NCBI GenBank assembly: GCA_016721435.1
Contig: JADKIC010000002.1
Location: 193,212 to 257,211 of the forward strand
Direction of reading: 5' to 3'
Origin: Bacteroidota bacterium
Lineage (GTDB): Bacteria > Bacteroidota > Bacteroidia > AKYH767-A > OLB10
Length of the DNA: 64,000 nucleotides
Shown: piece by piece, positions 28,971-40,151 of the stretch
Position numbering within the stretch: position 1 is the stretch's first letter
Layout of the letters: every line of letters begins with the position of its first letter
Program-made: the position numbers and the translations under genes
The notes under the pieces: model-generated
Database searches by the model: none
Told to the model about the DNA's origin: nothing
What the model saw: only the letters and a program-made list of their open reading frames with translations

Positions 28971-30308
28971 TATTGATTATTTGTGGGTATATCCTTAGGC
29001 CGGGGAATTCCGGGCAGATAGATGGAGAGAATCCGAACTTTTTGTATACGTAATAAGCACCTCCAAAGTTCTGAATTATTTTGGCTGTTGCAGAGGAGAT
29101 GGCCGCTCCGTAATTCCAAATTCAGGTACCAGCAAAATGTTCATAGTAATACTGGTGATGGCAGTGATCAGAATGATGATGTTGTATTGCCGCTGATGTC
29201 CGGTCATTTGGAGTAAAATGCCTACGGAACCGGTGATTGTACTAAAGAAATTACCAATGGTGAGGATGATTAATGCTGTACCGGCAGAGATGAATTCATC
29301 CCCAAAGAGTGATAAAATCAGTTCGGGAAAGACGATAATAAGTAGTGTAAAAGGTAAAGTGGCATAAAAGAGTAATCGGGTAGAAGTGTAGATGGATCGC
29401 CGAAGTTTGGAGAGATCATTTTTACTATGGAATTCGGCAAATGTTGGTCCTTGAATGGCATTCATGGCCATCAGTACGACAGCTGAAATGGCGGCTATTT
29501 TAAAAGCCGTATCATAAATTCCAACTTCAGCCTCGGTTCGGTAGATTCCTATAACCAAATTGTCTATCCAATTCAGAATAAAAAAAATAGAACCGGTAAT
29601 CATCATCGGCAATGATTCGTTTACCATTTCTTTCCATGAACCGCTACTTTCCGGTAAGAGCGTTTCTGTGGGGTCGGCGCTGAATCTTCTCCAAGCTATC
29701 ACATAAAAAAACAAGACAATTAAAGAGGAAAATAAGTAACCCATCGCAGGACTTATCGACAAGGAAGCATACCAACTAATAAGGATAAAGAGAACATTTA
29801 GAAGAGGGATAATTGCCCGAAACAAGGTAAATCCTATCATGTTTTTCATTCCCCGGAATGCAGAAGCATGAATATTGATGATCACAAAAGGGGCCAGGGC
29901 AAAGCACATCATCCTTAAATGTTGAGCCAGCTGTGGTTTTCCAAAGAGTTGAACCGCGATAAGGTCCGATGTAAAGTACAGGAGTGCAGATAAGAGGAGG
30001 GAACTGAAAGTTGTAATTTTTAAAGCGGTCTGGAATGCTTTTTTTATCTCGTCGGGTCGATTTCCGGCTTTAGCGGCTGCTACCTTCCGTGTAAGTAGAT
30101 TGTCAAGACCAAGTAATCCAAGTATAGAAAGTAATTGTAAAACAGTGAAAGACAAGGTAAAACTTCCCAATACTCCCGGGCCAAGTAAGCGTGCAACAGT
30201 AAAAACAAATAGGTATTGCGTGATGATCCCTCCCACCTTTACCGTAAGAGCGATACCGCTTTTTTTAAGGAGAAAGTTCGTGTCTTTTCGCGTATTCGGT
30301 ATTTTCAT
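28958..30308 (-). CDS. wzx: Wzx-type polysaccharide flippase (MOP superfamily). C-terminus restored across an apparent frameshift near 29080-29100. The main ORF is 29076-30308.
   Basis: 12-TM topology with the GGIITQYLFVFTVARLLGPGVLG N-terminal motif. An alternate frame continues ...AAISSATAKIIQNFGGAYYVYKKF to a stop overlapping the sulfotransferase start. Confidence 0.65.
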
Positions 30309-31036
30309 TTTTCAGAGATGCAAATATCATTTTTTTCAGCCTTGCTTTCTCTGTTACTTATTCATTTCGGCAGGAGATATCAACCAGCACAAATGAAAAA
30401 AGGAGCCGGATAATCAGGCCCCTTTTGGAACAAACGAAAAAATACAACTATCTGATATTTATTATGATAGAAAATTAAGGGCTGGTTTAATCTGCTTTAA
30501 TCGAGGTAGTATTAAAGGATTTTATTCTCTTTTGTTTTTATTAAGCGTTGTTGTAAGAGATGAAATTCAGTTGGCAATAGCGCTTTTTACATTCTTGGAT
30601 TAAGAAACTTTTCCGCAGCTTTACAGAGATGTTTAGTAGTTTTTTAAAGTGATTATAAATTGCAACCTCTGCAAAAATCATATAGTATGATGTCCTAATA
30701 ATTACCTTGATATTAAATTGTGGTAAATAGTTCGAATGATTTTACTTATAAAATTTTCGAAAGTATGTGTTGAATCAACGTCCATAAAGTAGATAGAAAC
30801 AATCATAAAGTAGTACAGCGAACTGTTTACAATAGGCTATTATTTTTTTAACCATCTCTTAATATTCAAGACACAATCCGGTTTTAGTCACATTAAGTTA
30901 ATAGAATGATAATGTTTTAAACTGTACTTTCTACTTGTTGCCCCGTAGTTTTGCCGTTGGATTTTTATGATGGCTCATATTTAATTGTCGTCATACAGCA
31001 ATCTGAAATCTAAACCAACAATTAAAAATAATACAC

Positions 31037-33130
31037 ATGAAAAAACTATTACTGTTCCTGGCCTTTGTCATCATGGCGAAGTCAGGTTTTACGCAAAATG
31101 GACTGGAAGGAATAATTGTAGAGAAATACTACATTTCCAATGCGGCTGACGCAGCAGGAAGTGTTGGTGTGTTGCCAAGTGGTTCTACCACTTATCGTAT
31201 TTATGTAGATATGTTACCGGGATATACGTTTCAGGCTGCTTATGGCGTAGCAGGTCATGAATTGCGTTTTCAAACTACTACTTCATTTTTTAACAATGAA
31301 GATTTCGGATCAACCGTTCCAACATACAGTAAGAACAATTCGCTTTTTAACACCGTAATGCTCGATTCATGGTTACCAGGTGGAGCAGCTCACGCATTAA
31401 ATCATGGTATTCTAAAATCAGAAGACAATGTTGCGGCAGGCGGTGCTACTGTTATCAATGCGAATGGAATTCTTGCCAATGCGGATCCCAACGCAGGTAT
31501 TCCTCTTACCACACAGGATGGTCTTTATACCGGAACTCCTGCAAGTGTTACCGTACTCGGTTTCACACCGGCACAGTTAAGCGTGTTTGATAATGTAAGT
31601 AATGCCGGTAACTTAATTTCTACCACTAATGCCTCTTGGGCAGTTTTAGGTGGTGCTTCAGGTCCTACTGCTGCGAATAAAGTACTGATCGCTCAATTCA
31701 CAACTAATGGTACTTTCTCCTTTAAGCTGAATGTGCAATTGGGTACTCCAACCCCGGGCGTTTCTCAGAATTTCGTTGCTGAAAATCCGGTGGGAAGTGA
31801 GATTCTTTTCCCGGGACTTATCTATCCTGCTCCTTCCAATCCAACTGCACTTGTTTCAATAGCAAGTAACACTGCTTTCCCTACATGTGCCGGAACAAGT
31901 GTAACGTTTACCGCTACACCAACTAATGGCGGAGCAACACCAACCTATCAATGGAAAAAGAATAATGCTAATGTTGGAACGAATAGTCCTACTTACACTT
32001 TAACCGGACTGAAAAATAACGATCAGATTAAATGTATCATGACATCAAGTATTGCCGGTGCTCTTAATAATCCTGCTACTTCCAATACTATTACATCGTT
32101 GATAAATCCGGTTCCGGATGTATCAATTACAGCTGCTGGTCCAACTACTTTTTGTAACCAAGCAAATCTATGTACATTAACTGCACAGAATGCAAGCGGA
32201 TTGACTTTGCAATGGACTAAAAACAACAATAATATCTCCGGTGCCACCGGTGCCACATATGTGCCTACAACTAGTGGTACTTATAAGGTGAAAGCGACTA
32301 CAATCAACGGTTGTACTGATTTATCTTCAGGTCAAGCTATTGTTGTAAATGCATTGCCTATAGCTACGAAAACAGTAACCGGTCCTACAACTTTCTGTTC
32401 CGGAACCAATGCCTGTACGATCACGGCTAATGCCGGTGCAGGTTTAACCTACCAATGGACAAAAGGCGCTGCCTTAACACCCATTTCCGGCGCCACAGGA
32501 ATTAGTTTTCAACCTACCACTTCAAATAACTACTATAAAGTTATTGTAACCAACGGCAATGGATGTACTAAAGCATCTCCTGCAACAGCCATTACCGTTA
32601 ATACAACGCCTCCTGCAACGATTACTGCTCAGGGTCCACTCACTTTTTGTGCCGGTGACAGTGTGACATTAGTCGCTAACAGTGGTGCAGGTTTGACGTA
32701 TCAATGGTTACGTGGTGTAAACAATATTGCCGGTGCTACAACCGGTTCTTACAAAGCAAAAATTGCCGGAACATATAAAGTGCAGGTAACAAGTTCTGCT
32801 GGTTGTTCGAAATTGTCTACAGGTAAAAAAGTAGTCATCAATTGTCGCGAAGGTGTTGAATCAGAGGAAAATTATACCCTGAGTGTTTATCCAAATCCTT
32901 CAACCGGTGCATTTACTTTGAATTATCTATCAGAGGACATCATTGATGCCAATGCCACTATTGCCATTGTAGATATGATGGGACGTGTAGTGTATTCAGA
33001 AGCAGTCGAAGTAATAGAAGGACAAATCTTCAAGCAAGTGAATATGGAAAGCCAATTTGCCGGTGGAGTTTACTTTGTAAGACTTCAGGTAGGTGAGAAT
33101 AGCCTGGTATCTAAGTTGATTATTGAATAA
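31037..33130 (+). CDS. T9SS-secreted surface protein, paralogue 1: shared N-terminal domain, five Ig-like (Cys-pair, YQW-motif) repeats and a Por_Secre_tail C-terminal domain
   Basis: Signal peptide. GLEGIIVEKYYIS...GSTTYRIYVDMLPGY...HELRFQTTTSFFN...MLDSWL...NKVLIAQFTTNGTFSFKLNVQL. Repeats C.GTSVTFTA...TYQW.KN..N..GAT. C-terminal domain VYPNPSTGAFTLNY...GVYFVRLQ...KLIIE. Confidence 0.8.
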   Translation: MKKLLLFLAFVIMAKSGFTQNGLEGIIVEKYYISNAADAAGSVGVLPSGSTTYRIYVDMLPGYTFQAAYGVAGHELRFQTTTSFFNNEDFGSTVPTYSKNNSLFNTVMLDSWLPGGAAHALNHGILKSEDNVAAGGATVINANGILANADPNAGIPLTTQDGLYTGTPASVTVLGFTPAQLSVFDNVSNAGNLISTTNASWAVLGGASGPTAANKVLIAQFTTNGTFSFKLNVQLGTPTPGVSQNFVAENPVGSEILFPGLIYPAPSNPTALVSIASNTAFPTCAGTSVTFTATPTNGGATPTYQWKKNNANVGTNSPTYTLTGLKNNDQIKCIMTSSIAGALNNPATSNTITSLINPVPDVSITAAGPTTFCNQANLCTLTAQNASGLTLQWTKNNNNISGATGATYVPTTSGTYKVKATTINGCTDLSSGQAIVVNALPIATKTVTGPTTFCSGTNACTITANAGAGLTYQWTKGAALTPISGATGISFQPTTSNNYYKVIVTNGNGCTKASPATAITVNTTPPATITAQGPLTFCAGDSVTLVANSGAGLTYQWLRGVNNIAGATTGSYKAKIAGTYKVQVTSSAGCSKLSTGKKVVINCREGVESEENYTLSVYPNPSTGAFTLNYLSEDIIDANATIAIVDMMGRVVYSEAVEVIEGQIFKQVNMESQFAGGVYFVRLQVGENSLVSKLIIE

Positions 33131-33167
33131 TTGTAAGTGTAGAATGGTATAGGTAAAGCAACTTGCA

Positions 33168-34286
33168 TTGCCTAAAAAATTTAAATTGATGTTAAAGCAA
33201 TATATATTAATAGCCGGTCTGATCATGACCGGCTATTTTTCTCTCAACGCACAAAGTGGCCTGGAGAAAATTATTGTAGAAAAGTATTATATCTCTACAG
33301 CTAAAGATACAGTAGGAGCAGATTCAACAGGTTATTTACCAATAGGCTCTGTTACCTATCGGATTTTTACAGATTTACAACATGTATACAGGCTTCAGGC
33401 GGTATATGGAGTTCCGGAACATGAATTGAGAATTGAAACGACTACACGCTTTTTTAATTCTGCTATTGGTGATGGAAGGTCGGCCAATGATATTCAACCA
33501 TTGCTGTTAGTTAATGGCGCCCTTCTATTGGATAGTTGGGTTTCGGTTGGCGCAGCAACCGTTGATTATCTTGGAGTATTAAAAGCCGATGATGATTCGG
33601 TAAAAAGTTATGCAGCGAAAAATATTCAGGGTATTTTAAAAAACAGCGATCCTGAAGCAGGCATACCTTTATCAGAGAAGGATGGTATGAAATATTTACG
33701 TTATCAGCCGGCTACACAATATTATAATCTGGAGCATGATCTCAGGATTTTTGAATACCAGTACAAAGATTCAATGAAGGGTTTGTTTTCAACACGTGAT
33801 GGAGCCTGGGCAAGTTATGGTGGTTCTGTTGGTCCGCAACCGGAGAATCGTATACTTATTGCTCAACTTACTACTGATGGTGTATTGAGTTTTGAATTAA
33901 ATATGCAGTTGGCCGTTCCGAATGGTGGAGTTGAAAAGTTCGTTGCCAGGAATCCCGGAGAGGGAGAAGTTGAAATTTCTGAATTGAGGTATTCCAGCTC
34001 ACCTGACAATAAGGCTCCTGTCGTAACTTTGATAGGGCCGGATACGAAGAAGTTGACAAGCTCACAAACTATAGCCTTTACGGCCAATGCCAATGATCCT
34101 GATGGTAAAATTGTGGGGGTTGATTTTTACATCAATGATAAATTAGTGGCCACTGATACGGAATCGCCTTTTGTTTTTGACCATAAGTATGACGGAAAAG
34201 GTGCTAAAGTTTCAGCCACTGCAATAGATGCTTTGGGTGCAAAAACCAGATCAGAAGACATCTTTCTACCGGCGATGAAAATGTAA
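33168..34286 (+). CDS. Secreted protein, paralogue 2: shared N-terminal domain plus one C-terminal Ig-like domain. No T9SS C-terminal domain.
   Basis: GLEKIIVEKYYIS...GSVTYRIF...PEHELRIETTTRFFN...LLDSWVSVGAA...NRILIAQLTTDGVLSFELNMQL. C-terminal APVVTLIGPD...IVGVDFYINDKLV. Confidence 0.7.
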   Translation: MPKKFKLMLKQYILIAGLIMTGYFSLNAQSGLEKIIVEKYYISTAKDTVGADSTGYLPIGSVTYRIFTDLQHVYRLQAVYGVPEHELRIETTTRFFNSAIGDGRSANDIQPLLLVNGALLLDSWVSVGAATVDYLGVLKADDDSVKSYAAKNIQGILKNSDPEAGIPLSEKDGMKYLRYQPATQYYNLEHDLRIFEYQYKDSMKGLFSTRDGAWASYGGSVGPQPENRILIAQLTTDGVLSFELNMQLAVPNGGVEKFVARNPGEGEVEISELRYSSSPDNKAPVVTLIGPDTKKLTSSQTIAFTANANDPDGKIVGVDFYINDKLVATDTESPFVFDHKYDGKGAKVSATAIDALGAKTRSEDIFLPAMKM

Positions 34287-34497
34287 TAGGATTGAAAATT
34301 AGCTTTTCTGCAATGTTAGGAAAATGTTAATTCAGCCTTCAGGTCTTTTCAATAACGAATTGTTAATCCAAACATAACGTATATACAACCTCATTCCCAT
34401 CTCATTTATTCAATTTTGCCCTTCATGATTTTATATCATCAGAAGGAGTCTGTGATGAATATTATCTAATGTATCGTCTTAACTTAAAAATAGAAGT

Positions 34498-35586
34498 AAT
34501 GAGAAATTTAGTTTTAGTATTCGGCTTGCTTATTTGCAGTTGGAATCTGAATGCCCCAAAATGGTCTTGAAAATATTATTGTTGAAAATATTATATTTCA
34601 GACGGCAATGATACAATTGCAAATCTGGACGGTGGAGTTTTGCCGGTGGGTTCCGTTACCTATCGCGAGTATGTAGATATGTTGCCCGGTTATAAATTTC
34701 AGGTATGTTATGGTGTACCTACACATGAATTAAGAATTGAAACCACTACATTATTCTTTAATAATGAAGATCGCGGATCTACTTCTCCTAACTTCTCTTT
34801 TACAAACGCAGCCAAAAACACAGTGATGCTGGATTCCTGGTTGTCAGTAGGTGCTGCTTGTAACGGTTATATGGGAATTCTGAAAACGGATGATGATGGT
34901 GTTGGCAATATTGTTAATAATTATACGCCTCAGGTATTACAAAACGCAGATCCTGCTGCCGGTATTCCATTAACACAGCAGGATGGCTTAATCGCCGGTA
35001 CGCCGGAGGCATTTACTGAATTAGGAATTACAAATGAATTAGCCGTTTTTGATAATCAGAATGATGGAACAAATGGTCCTGTGTTTTCAACATTCAATGG
35101 ATCCTGGGTGGCGTTAAATGGTACTTATGGTCCTGATACAATCGAAAACAAAGTGCTGATTGCTCAAATTACTACAGATGGTACATTTTGTTTTCAAATG
35201 AATATTCAGTTGCGAACGCCTACTCCGGGCATTGTTGAGAATTATGTAGCGCTTAATCCAACAGGTACGGAGATTCTTTTTCCGGGATTGAACTATTGTT
35301 CTACTACCGGTAGTCCTGAATTTAAGTGGAAGAGCCTGCATTTAGCGTCTATCCCAATCCTTCATTTGATTTATTCAGCATGTGGATTTTTGCTTCCAGA
35401 CAAGTCGGTCATTATAGTTACAGAATTTGTTCTTTAGATGGAAAGCAGATGTTCAGTAAAGATTTGGGAATACAACAATTGGACTTAATGGAGAAAATTG
35501 ATTTATCCTCTTTTGCTCCCGGGGTTTATTTGATAGAACTTTCATTGAATGGTCAAAAGACTACTCGTCGGGTAGTAAAAAATTAA
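34498..35586 (+). CDS. T9SS-secreted protein, paralogue 3: shared N-terminal domain plus T9SS C-terminal domain. Three apparent homopolymer frameshifts (about 34552, 34590, 35330).
   Basis: MRNLVLVFGLLICSWNLNA then, after correction, QNGLENIIVEKYYIS...GSVTYREYVDMLPGYKFQ...HELRIETTTLFFNNEDRGST...MLDSWLSVGAA...NKVLIAQITTDGTFCFQMNIQL. C-terminal domain VYPNPSFDLF...GVYLIELSLNGQKTTRRVVKN. Confidence 0.65.
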
Positions 35587-35690
35587 TTGAAAGAAATATA
35601 AAATAGATCATATCGATTGTTAATTTATAAAGGACGACAGCTTATCCAAATAGTCCTTTCATCGAACGCTCCTCTCTATTCACTTAGATT

Positions 35691-38600
35691 ATGCAGAAAT
35701 TTATAGTGCTTGTGGTATTGCTATTATCCCTTGGTGAATCCTTTGGTCAGGGTATTGTTCGTGGAAAAGTGACAGATAAGAATGGTGAATCGCTTATTGG
35801 AGTGACGCTGGTTGTAAAGGGCAATACAGCTATAGGTGCAGCTACTGATCTGGATGGTAATTATAGTATTTCAGTGAAGGACAATGCGCCCTTCGTTTTA
35901 GTGGTATCCTATATTGGATTTAATACGCTTGAAGAATCCATTACACTTACCAACAATGCAGTAGTCATCAAGAATTTCACGATGCAATCATCATCTGTTG
36001 AGGTGAAGGAAGTGGAGATATCTGCTAAAGCAGTAAAAGCGGCCGATTATTATATGGAGAATATGAAGAAGCAATCCTCGACGACCATCGACTATGTTTC
36101 TTCTGAAACGATTCGGAAAACCGGTGATAATAGTGTGACTTCTGCCATTTCACGAGTGACCGGTGTTTCAAATACTTCAGCGGGTTTTATAACGGTAAGG
36201 GGTATAGGTGACCGTTATTTGAAGACATCAGTGAATGGTTCGGTGATTCCAACTTTGGATCCTTTTACAAATAATATTAAACTGGATTTTATTCCGGCGA
36301 ACCTGGTAGATAATATCATCATTACAAAAACAGCTTCCCCTGATTTACCCGGAAGTTGGGCAGGGGCCTATGTTTCTATCGAAACAAAGGACTATCCTGA
36401 ACAACTAACCGTCGCTGCAGAAACACAACTTGGCTACAATACGCAAAGTACCTTTCAAAATGTGTTGAGTGGGGAGAGAAGTAATACAGACTGGCTGGGT
36501 TTTGATGATGGTTTTCGGGATCGGACACATGGTGGATTTATTGATTATGTGGCAAGACCTACACAGTTTCAGGAAATGGTTGCACTTGGGTTGGGTAATT
36601 TTTATTTGGGTTTAGGAATTACTCAAAGTTGGGATCCTACCTCACAAGCCGGTATAGATCTGTTTAAATTGGGTCTGTAGAATTGGGCCTCTTAGCACCC
36701 GCATTGATTAATGATCAGGCAGCATTTAATCAGGCTTTGAGTACTTATCAAACAGGGATTAGCGCTGGATGCATTCAGTACAATTAATACACCTGCTTCA
36801 GAGCAGAATAAGAAATTCTCAAACACCTGGCTTATCGGTAAACGAAAGCACCGTTGAATTTTAGTCAGTCTTTTGGAATTGCGAATCAAATTAAGACCGG
36901 AAAGGAAAGTGCACTAGGATTTTTATTTGGATTGAGATATGGAAGCAATGTTCAATATGACAGTGATGCAAAATTGAACCGCTTTAGGTTAGAAGGAAAT
37001 ACTTTTTATTCTACACAGGAATTTACAAAGGAAACCAATAACTGGAGTGCCTTGATGAAACTTTCTTATAAGATTAATCCGAACCACAGTGTAGGTGTTT
37101 TATTTATGCCAAATGTGGGGGGCTCAAATAATCTAAGAACGATAGTCGGTACAGGTATTTTTGAAGATCAACCGGATGCTATTTATTATTCAAATGATCA
37201 GTTCTATGAAGAACGGCAACAATTGATTTATCAGGTAATGTCTGATCATTATCTGCCCTTTGCCAAGGCAAGAATTCATATGGATGCCTCTTATACCGAT
37301 GGTAGCAGTGATATTCCGGATTTTAGAAGTTTGAGTACCTTCTTGTTGAATGGTCAGTTGCTGAGTGGTCTTGGAAATTTGCCGAATACACGTGATTATC
37401 GTTATCTGGGTGAGAATTTGTTTGATTCCCGTTTGTCAATTGAAATTCCTCTGGCGGAAAAACCGGGTAAAAGCCGAAAGATAAAAGTGGGTGGTGCCTA
37501 CACTTATCTCGATCGTGAATTTAATCAGTTCGAATATATTTTAGGGGGAACGGATAGTAGTGGAAATATACTCACAGGTTCCTATCTGATACCGGATAAT
37601 AATATAGAAGCGTTTTTGAATCCTTCTAATTTCGGGGTGCAGTCATATGATTTTCAAGGATTGCCTAAGCGAAGATCCAATACAATTTATATTGAAAATG
37701 ATATTCCCGGGAACAGGACCATTGGCTATAGTGAAGTGATCGCTTATTATGCAATGATTGATTATAGTCTTTCTTATAAATGGCGCGCTTCCGGAGGCCT
37801 ACGTGTAGAACATGCCGACATCTTTGCGGATATTTATGAATACGATAGATTGGGATATGCGCCGGCGATATTCAGGAAAAGCGGAGGGAGATAATTTTCT
37901 GGCGAATCCCGGTATCATTAAAGTCACAAAATTACTTCCCAGTCTGAACATCGTTTATAAGTATCGTGATGATGAATCAAAGTCTATAAATGTTCGGGCA
38001 AACTATAGCCGTACAACAGCCTACCCAAGTATTCGTGAGATTACCGAGAATAATATTCTTGATTTTGAATTACGATCTACTGTCTTTGGTAATTCAACAT
38101 TGAAACCTGCTGATGTAGATAATTTCGACTTGCGTTGGGAAGGATACTTTAAAAATGCCAGTAGCATATCCGTAAGTGCTTTTTATAAGAAGTTTAAAAA
38201 CCATATTGAATTGTTGAATTTTAATGATGCGAACACCTGGACGAACGTAGATGACTCTTACGTGGTAGGATTGGAAGTAGAAGGGGTAAAGAAGCTTACA
38301 AAAAATTTGGAAATCCGGGCCAATGTTGCAGTTATAGAGTCAGAAACAAATGTGATTCTGAAAAGCCGAAAGGATGTAGATGGAGTCATCGTGCTCACTC
38401 CTTATGATACACTAGTCCGTTCTATGTATGGTCAAGCTCCCTTCATTGTAAATGCTATTATCAATTATAATTTTGAAAAAAGCAGAGTGAATGTCGCCGT
38501 TTCTTATAATATTCAAGGGAAGCGACTGGTGATTGCTGCCACTGAGAATGTGCCCGATGTTTATGAAATGCCAAGAAATGTTATTGATTTTAAAATATCA

Positions 38601-38759
38601 AAGCAGTTGGGAAAACACTTTACTACTTCACTTACTGTTAGAGATATATTAAATCAGCCCGTACAACGCAGGTTTGAAACGGAAACAGATGAGAAATTGG
38701 ATTACGATAGCTATCGCTGGGGAACAAGCATCAATTTAGGTTTAACGTATAAACTGTAA
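35691..38759 (+). CDS. TonB-dependent-receptor-like outer-membrane protein (N-terminal carboxypeptidase-regulatory-like domain, plug, 22-strand-barrel-like C-terminus). Two apparent frameshifts (about 36680-36854 and 37812-37894).
   Basis: IVRGKVTDKNGESLIGVTLVVKGNTAIGAATDLDGNYSI (CarbopepD_reg-like). ITVRGIGDRYLKTSVNGSVIP plug motifs. Three consecutive same-strand ORFs. C-terminus GLTYKL. Confidence 0.6.
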
Positions 38760-38772
38760 AATAAAAACGAAA

Positions 38773-40140
38773 ATGAATAGAAAGAAGCAGAGTGTTGACT
38801 CACTAGTGATAACACTGGTTTTTCTGTTTGTGAGCACCTTTTCGGCAATTGCGCAGATAAAGGGACTTTCAGTGGAAACATATTATATCTCAGATGTAAA
38901 TGATATCACAGATAATACAGGTGGCAGGAGCTTATCATTGGGATCGAAAACATATAGAATTTATGTAGAGTTAGAGGCCGGAAGTAAAGTTCGTAAGATT
39001 TATGGTGATTCATTGCATCCATTATCAATTATGAGTGACTCCGTTTTTTACAATAACAATGATCGTCCATCCAATGAATTTGGATATGAAATACAAGCAT
39101 CCTGGTACGAAGATAATCCTACACTCGCATTGGATAGCTGGTTGACTTTGGGACTTGCTTCTAAAACGCATAAAGGAATTTTGAAGTCTAAGGATAATGA
39201 TGGTGATATTGTTGCAGGTAGCAATAATTTGGGTGGTACAGCTGCTATCCCCGGTGGACTTTTGGTGAATAATGATCCTCTGATGGGATTGCCACTCACC
39301 ACTGCCGATGGACTCGTGCCGAACACCATCGTAAAGGGTACCTGGATAGATGTTGGCTTTAAGGATGGATTTGGAAATGATACCACCATCTTTGGTGCCG
39401 ACAGTATTGGAAATGAATTCAAGTGTTATGGTTGTGCATTGCAGCAAACGTTGGGTGTGGAAGGCCCGAATCAGGATAGCTCAAGAGTTTTAGTAGCTCA
39501 ATTGACAACCACCGGCGAATTGAAATTTGAGTTGAATTTAACTCTTGAACAAACCGATATCAATGGAAATACGGTGCTGGTAGATTATGTAGCCACTGAC
39601 GATACCCTTCGTCCCGGTGAAGTTGTGAGTCCTTTTCTTTCGTATCCTCTGGCATGTGGATGTAATGATCCCATGTATTTGGAGTATAGTGGTTCTTACA
39701 CTTGTCTGGAAGAAGATTCTTGTAAAACGCTGATCGTTTTTGGATGTATGGATACAATGGCCTGTAACTATAATCCGAACGCTAATTTTAATATTAGTAG
39801 CCTTTGTTGCTACCCGGGTTACTGCAATGATCTTGATATTTCGTTAGTATGTCCAACATTAAATCTGGGCCGATTCGCTTCGTCTAACGTTTTGGTCTAT
39901 CCGAATCCAAGCATTGGACCACTTACCGTTGAATTGTATGCGGATAAAAAGCAGCAAGCAACCCTTGAAGTGTATAATGCCATGGGTGAATTAGTTTATG
40001 CAGATCGTATTGCTTTAAGTGATAAAGTGACCCTCTCCGATCATGACATTACCTTTTTGCAAGAAGGTGTGTATCTGGTAAGAGTAACCGGAGATCAATT
40101 GAATGAAAGTATTCGTATTGTAAAGAGAAATAATAATTAA
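38773..40140 (+). CDS. T9SS-secreted protein, paralogue 4: divergent copy of the shared N-terminal domain, Cys-rich middle region and T9SS C-terminal domain
   Basis: GLSVETYYIS...GSKTYRIYVELEAG...LALDSWLTLGLA...GILKSKDNDGD...VNNDPLMGLPLTTADGL...RVLVAQLTTTGELKFELNLTL. C-terminal domain VYPNPSIGPLTVEL...GVYLVRVTG. Confidence 0.7.
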   Translation: MNRKKQSVDSLVITLVFLFVSTFSAIAQIKGLSVETYYISDVNDITDNTGGRSLSLGSKTYRIYVELEAGSKVRKIYGDSLHPLSIMSDSVFYNNNDRPSNEFGYEIQASWYEDNPTLALDSWLTLGLASKTHKGILKSKDNDGDIVAGSNNLGGTAAIPGGLLVNNDPLMGLPLTTADGLVPNTIVKGTWIDVGFKDGFGNDTTIFGADSIGNEFKCYGCALQQTLGVEGPNQDSSRVLVAQLTTTGELKFELNLTLEQTDINGNTVLVDYVATDDTLRPGEVVSPFLSYPLACGCNDPMYLEYSGSYTCLEEDSCKTLIVFGCMDTMACNYNPNANFNISSLCCYPGYCNDLDISLVCPTLNLGRFASSNVLVYPNPSIGPLTVELYADKKQQATLEVYNAMGELVYADRIALSDKVTLSDHDITFLQEGVYLVRVTGDQLNESIRIVKRNNN

Positions 40141-40151
40141 TAGCAGCTATC

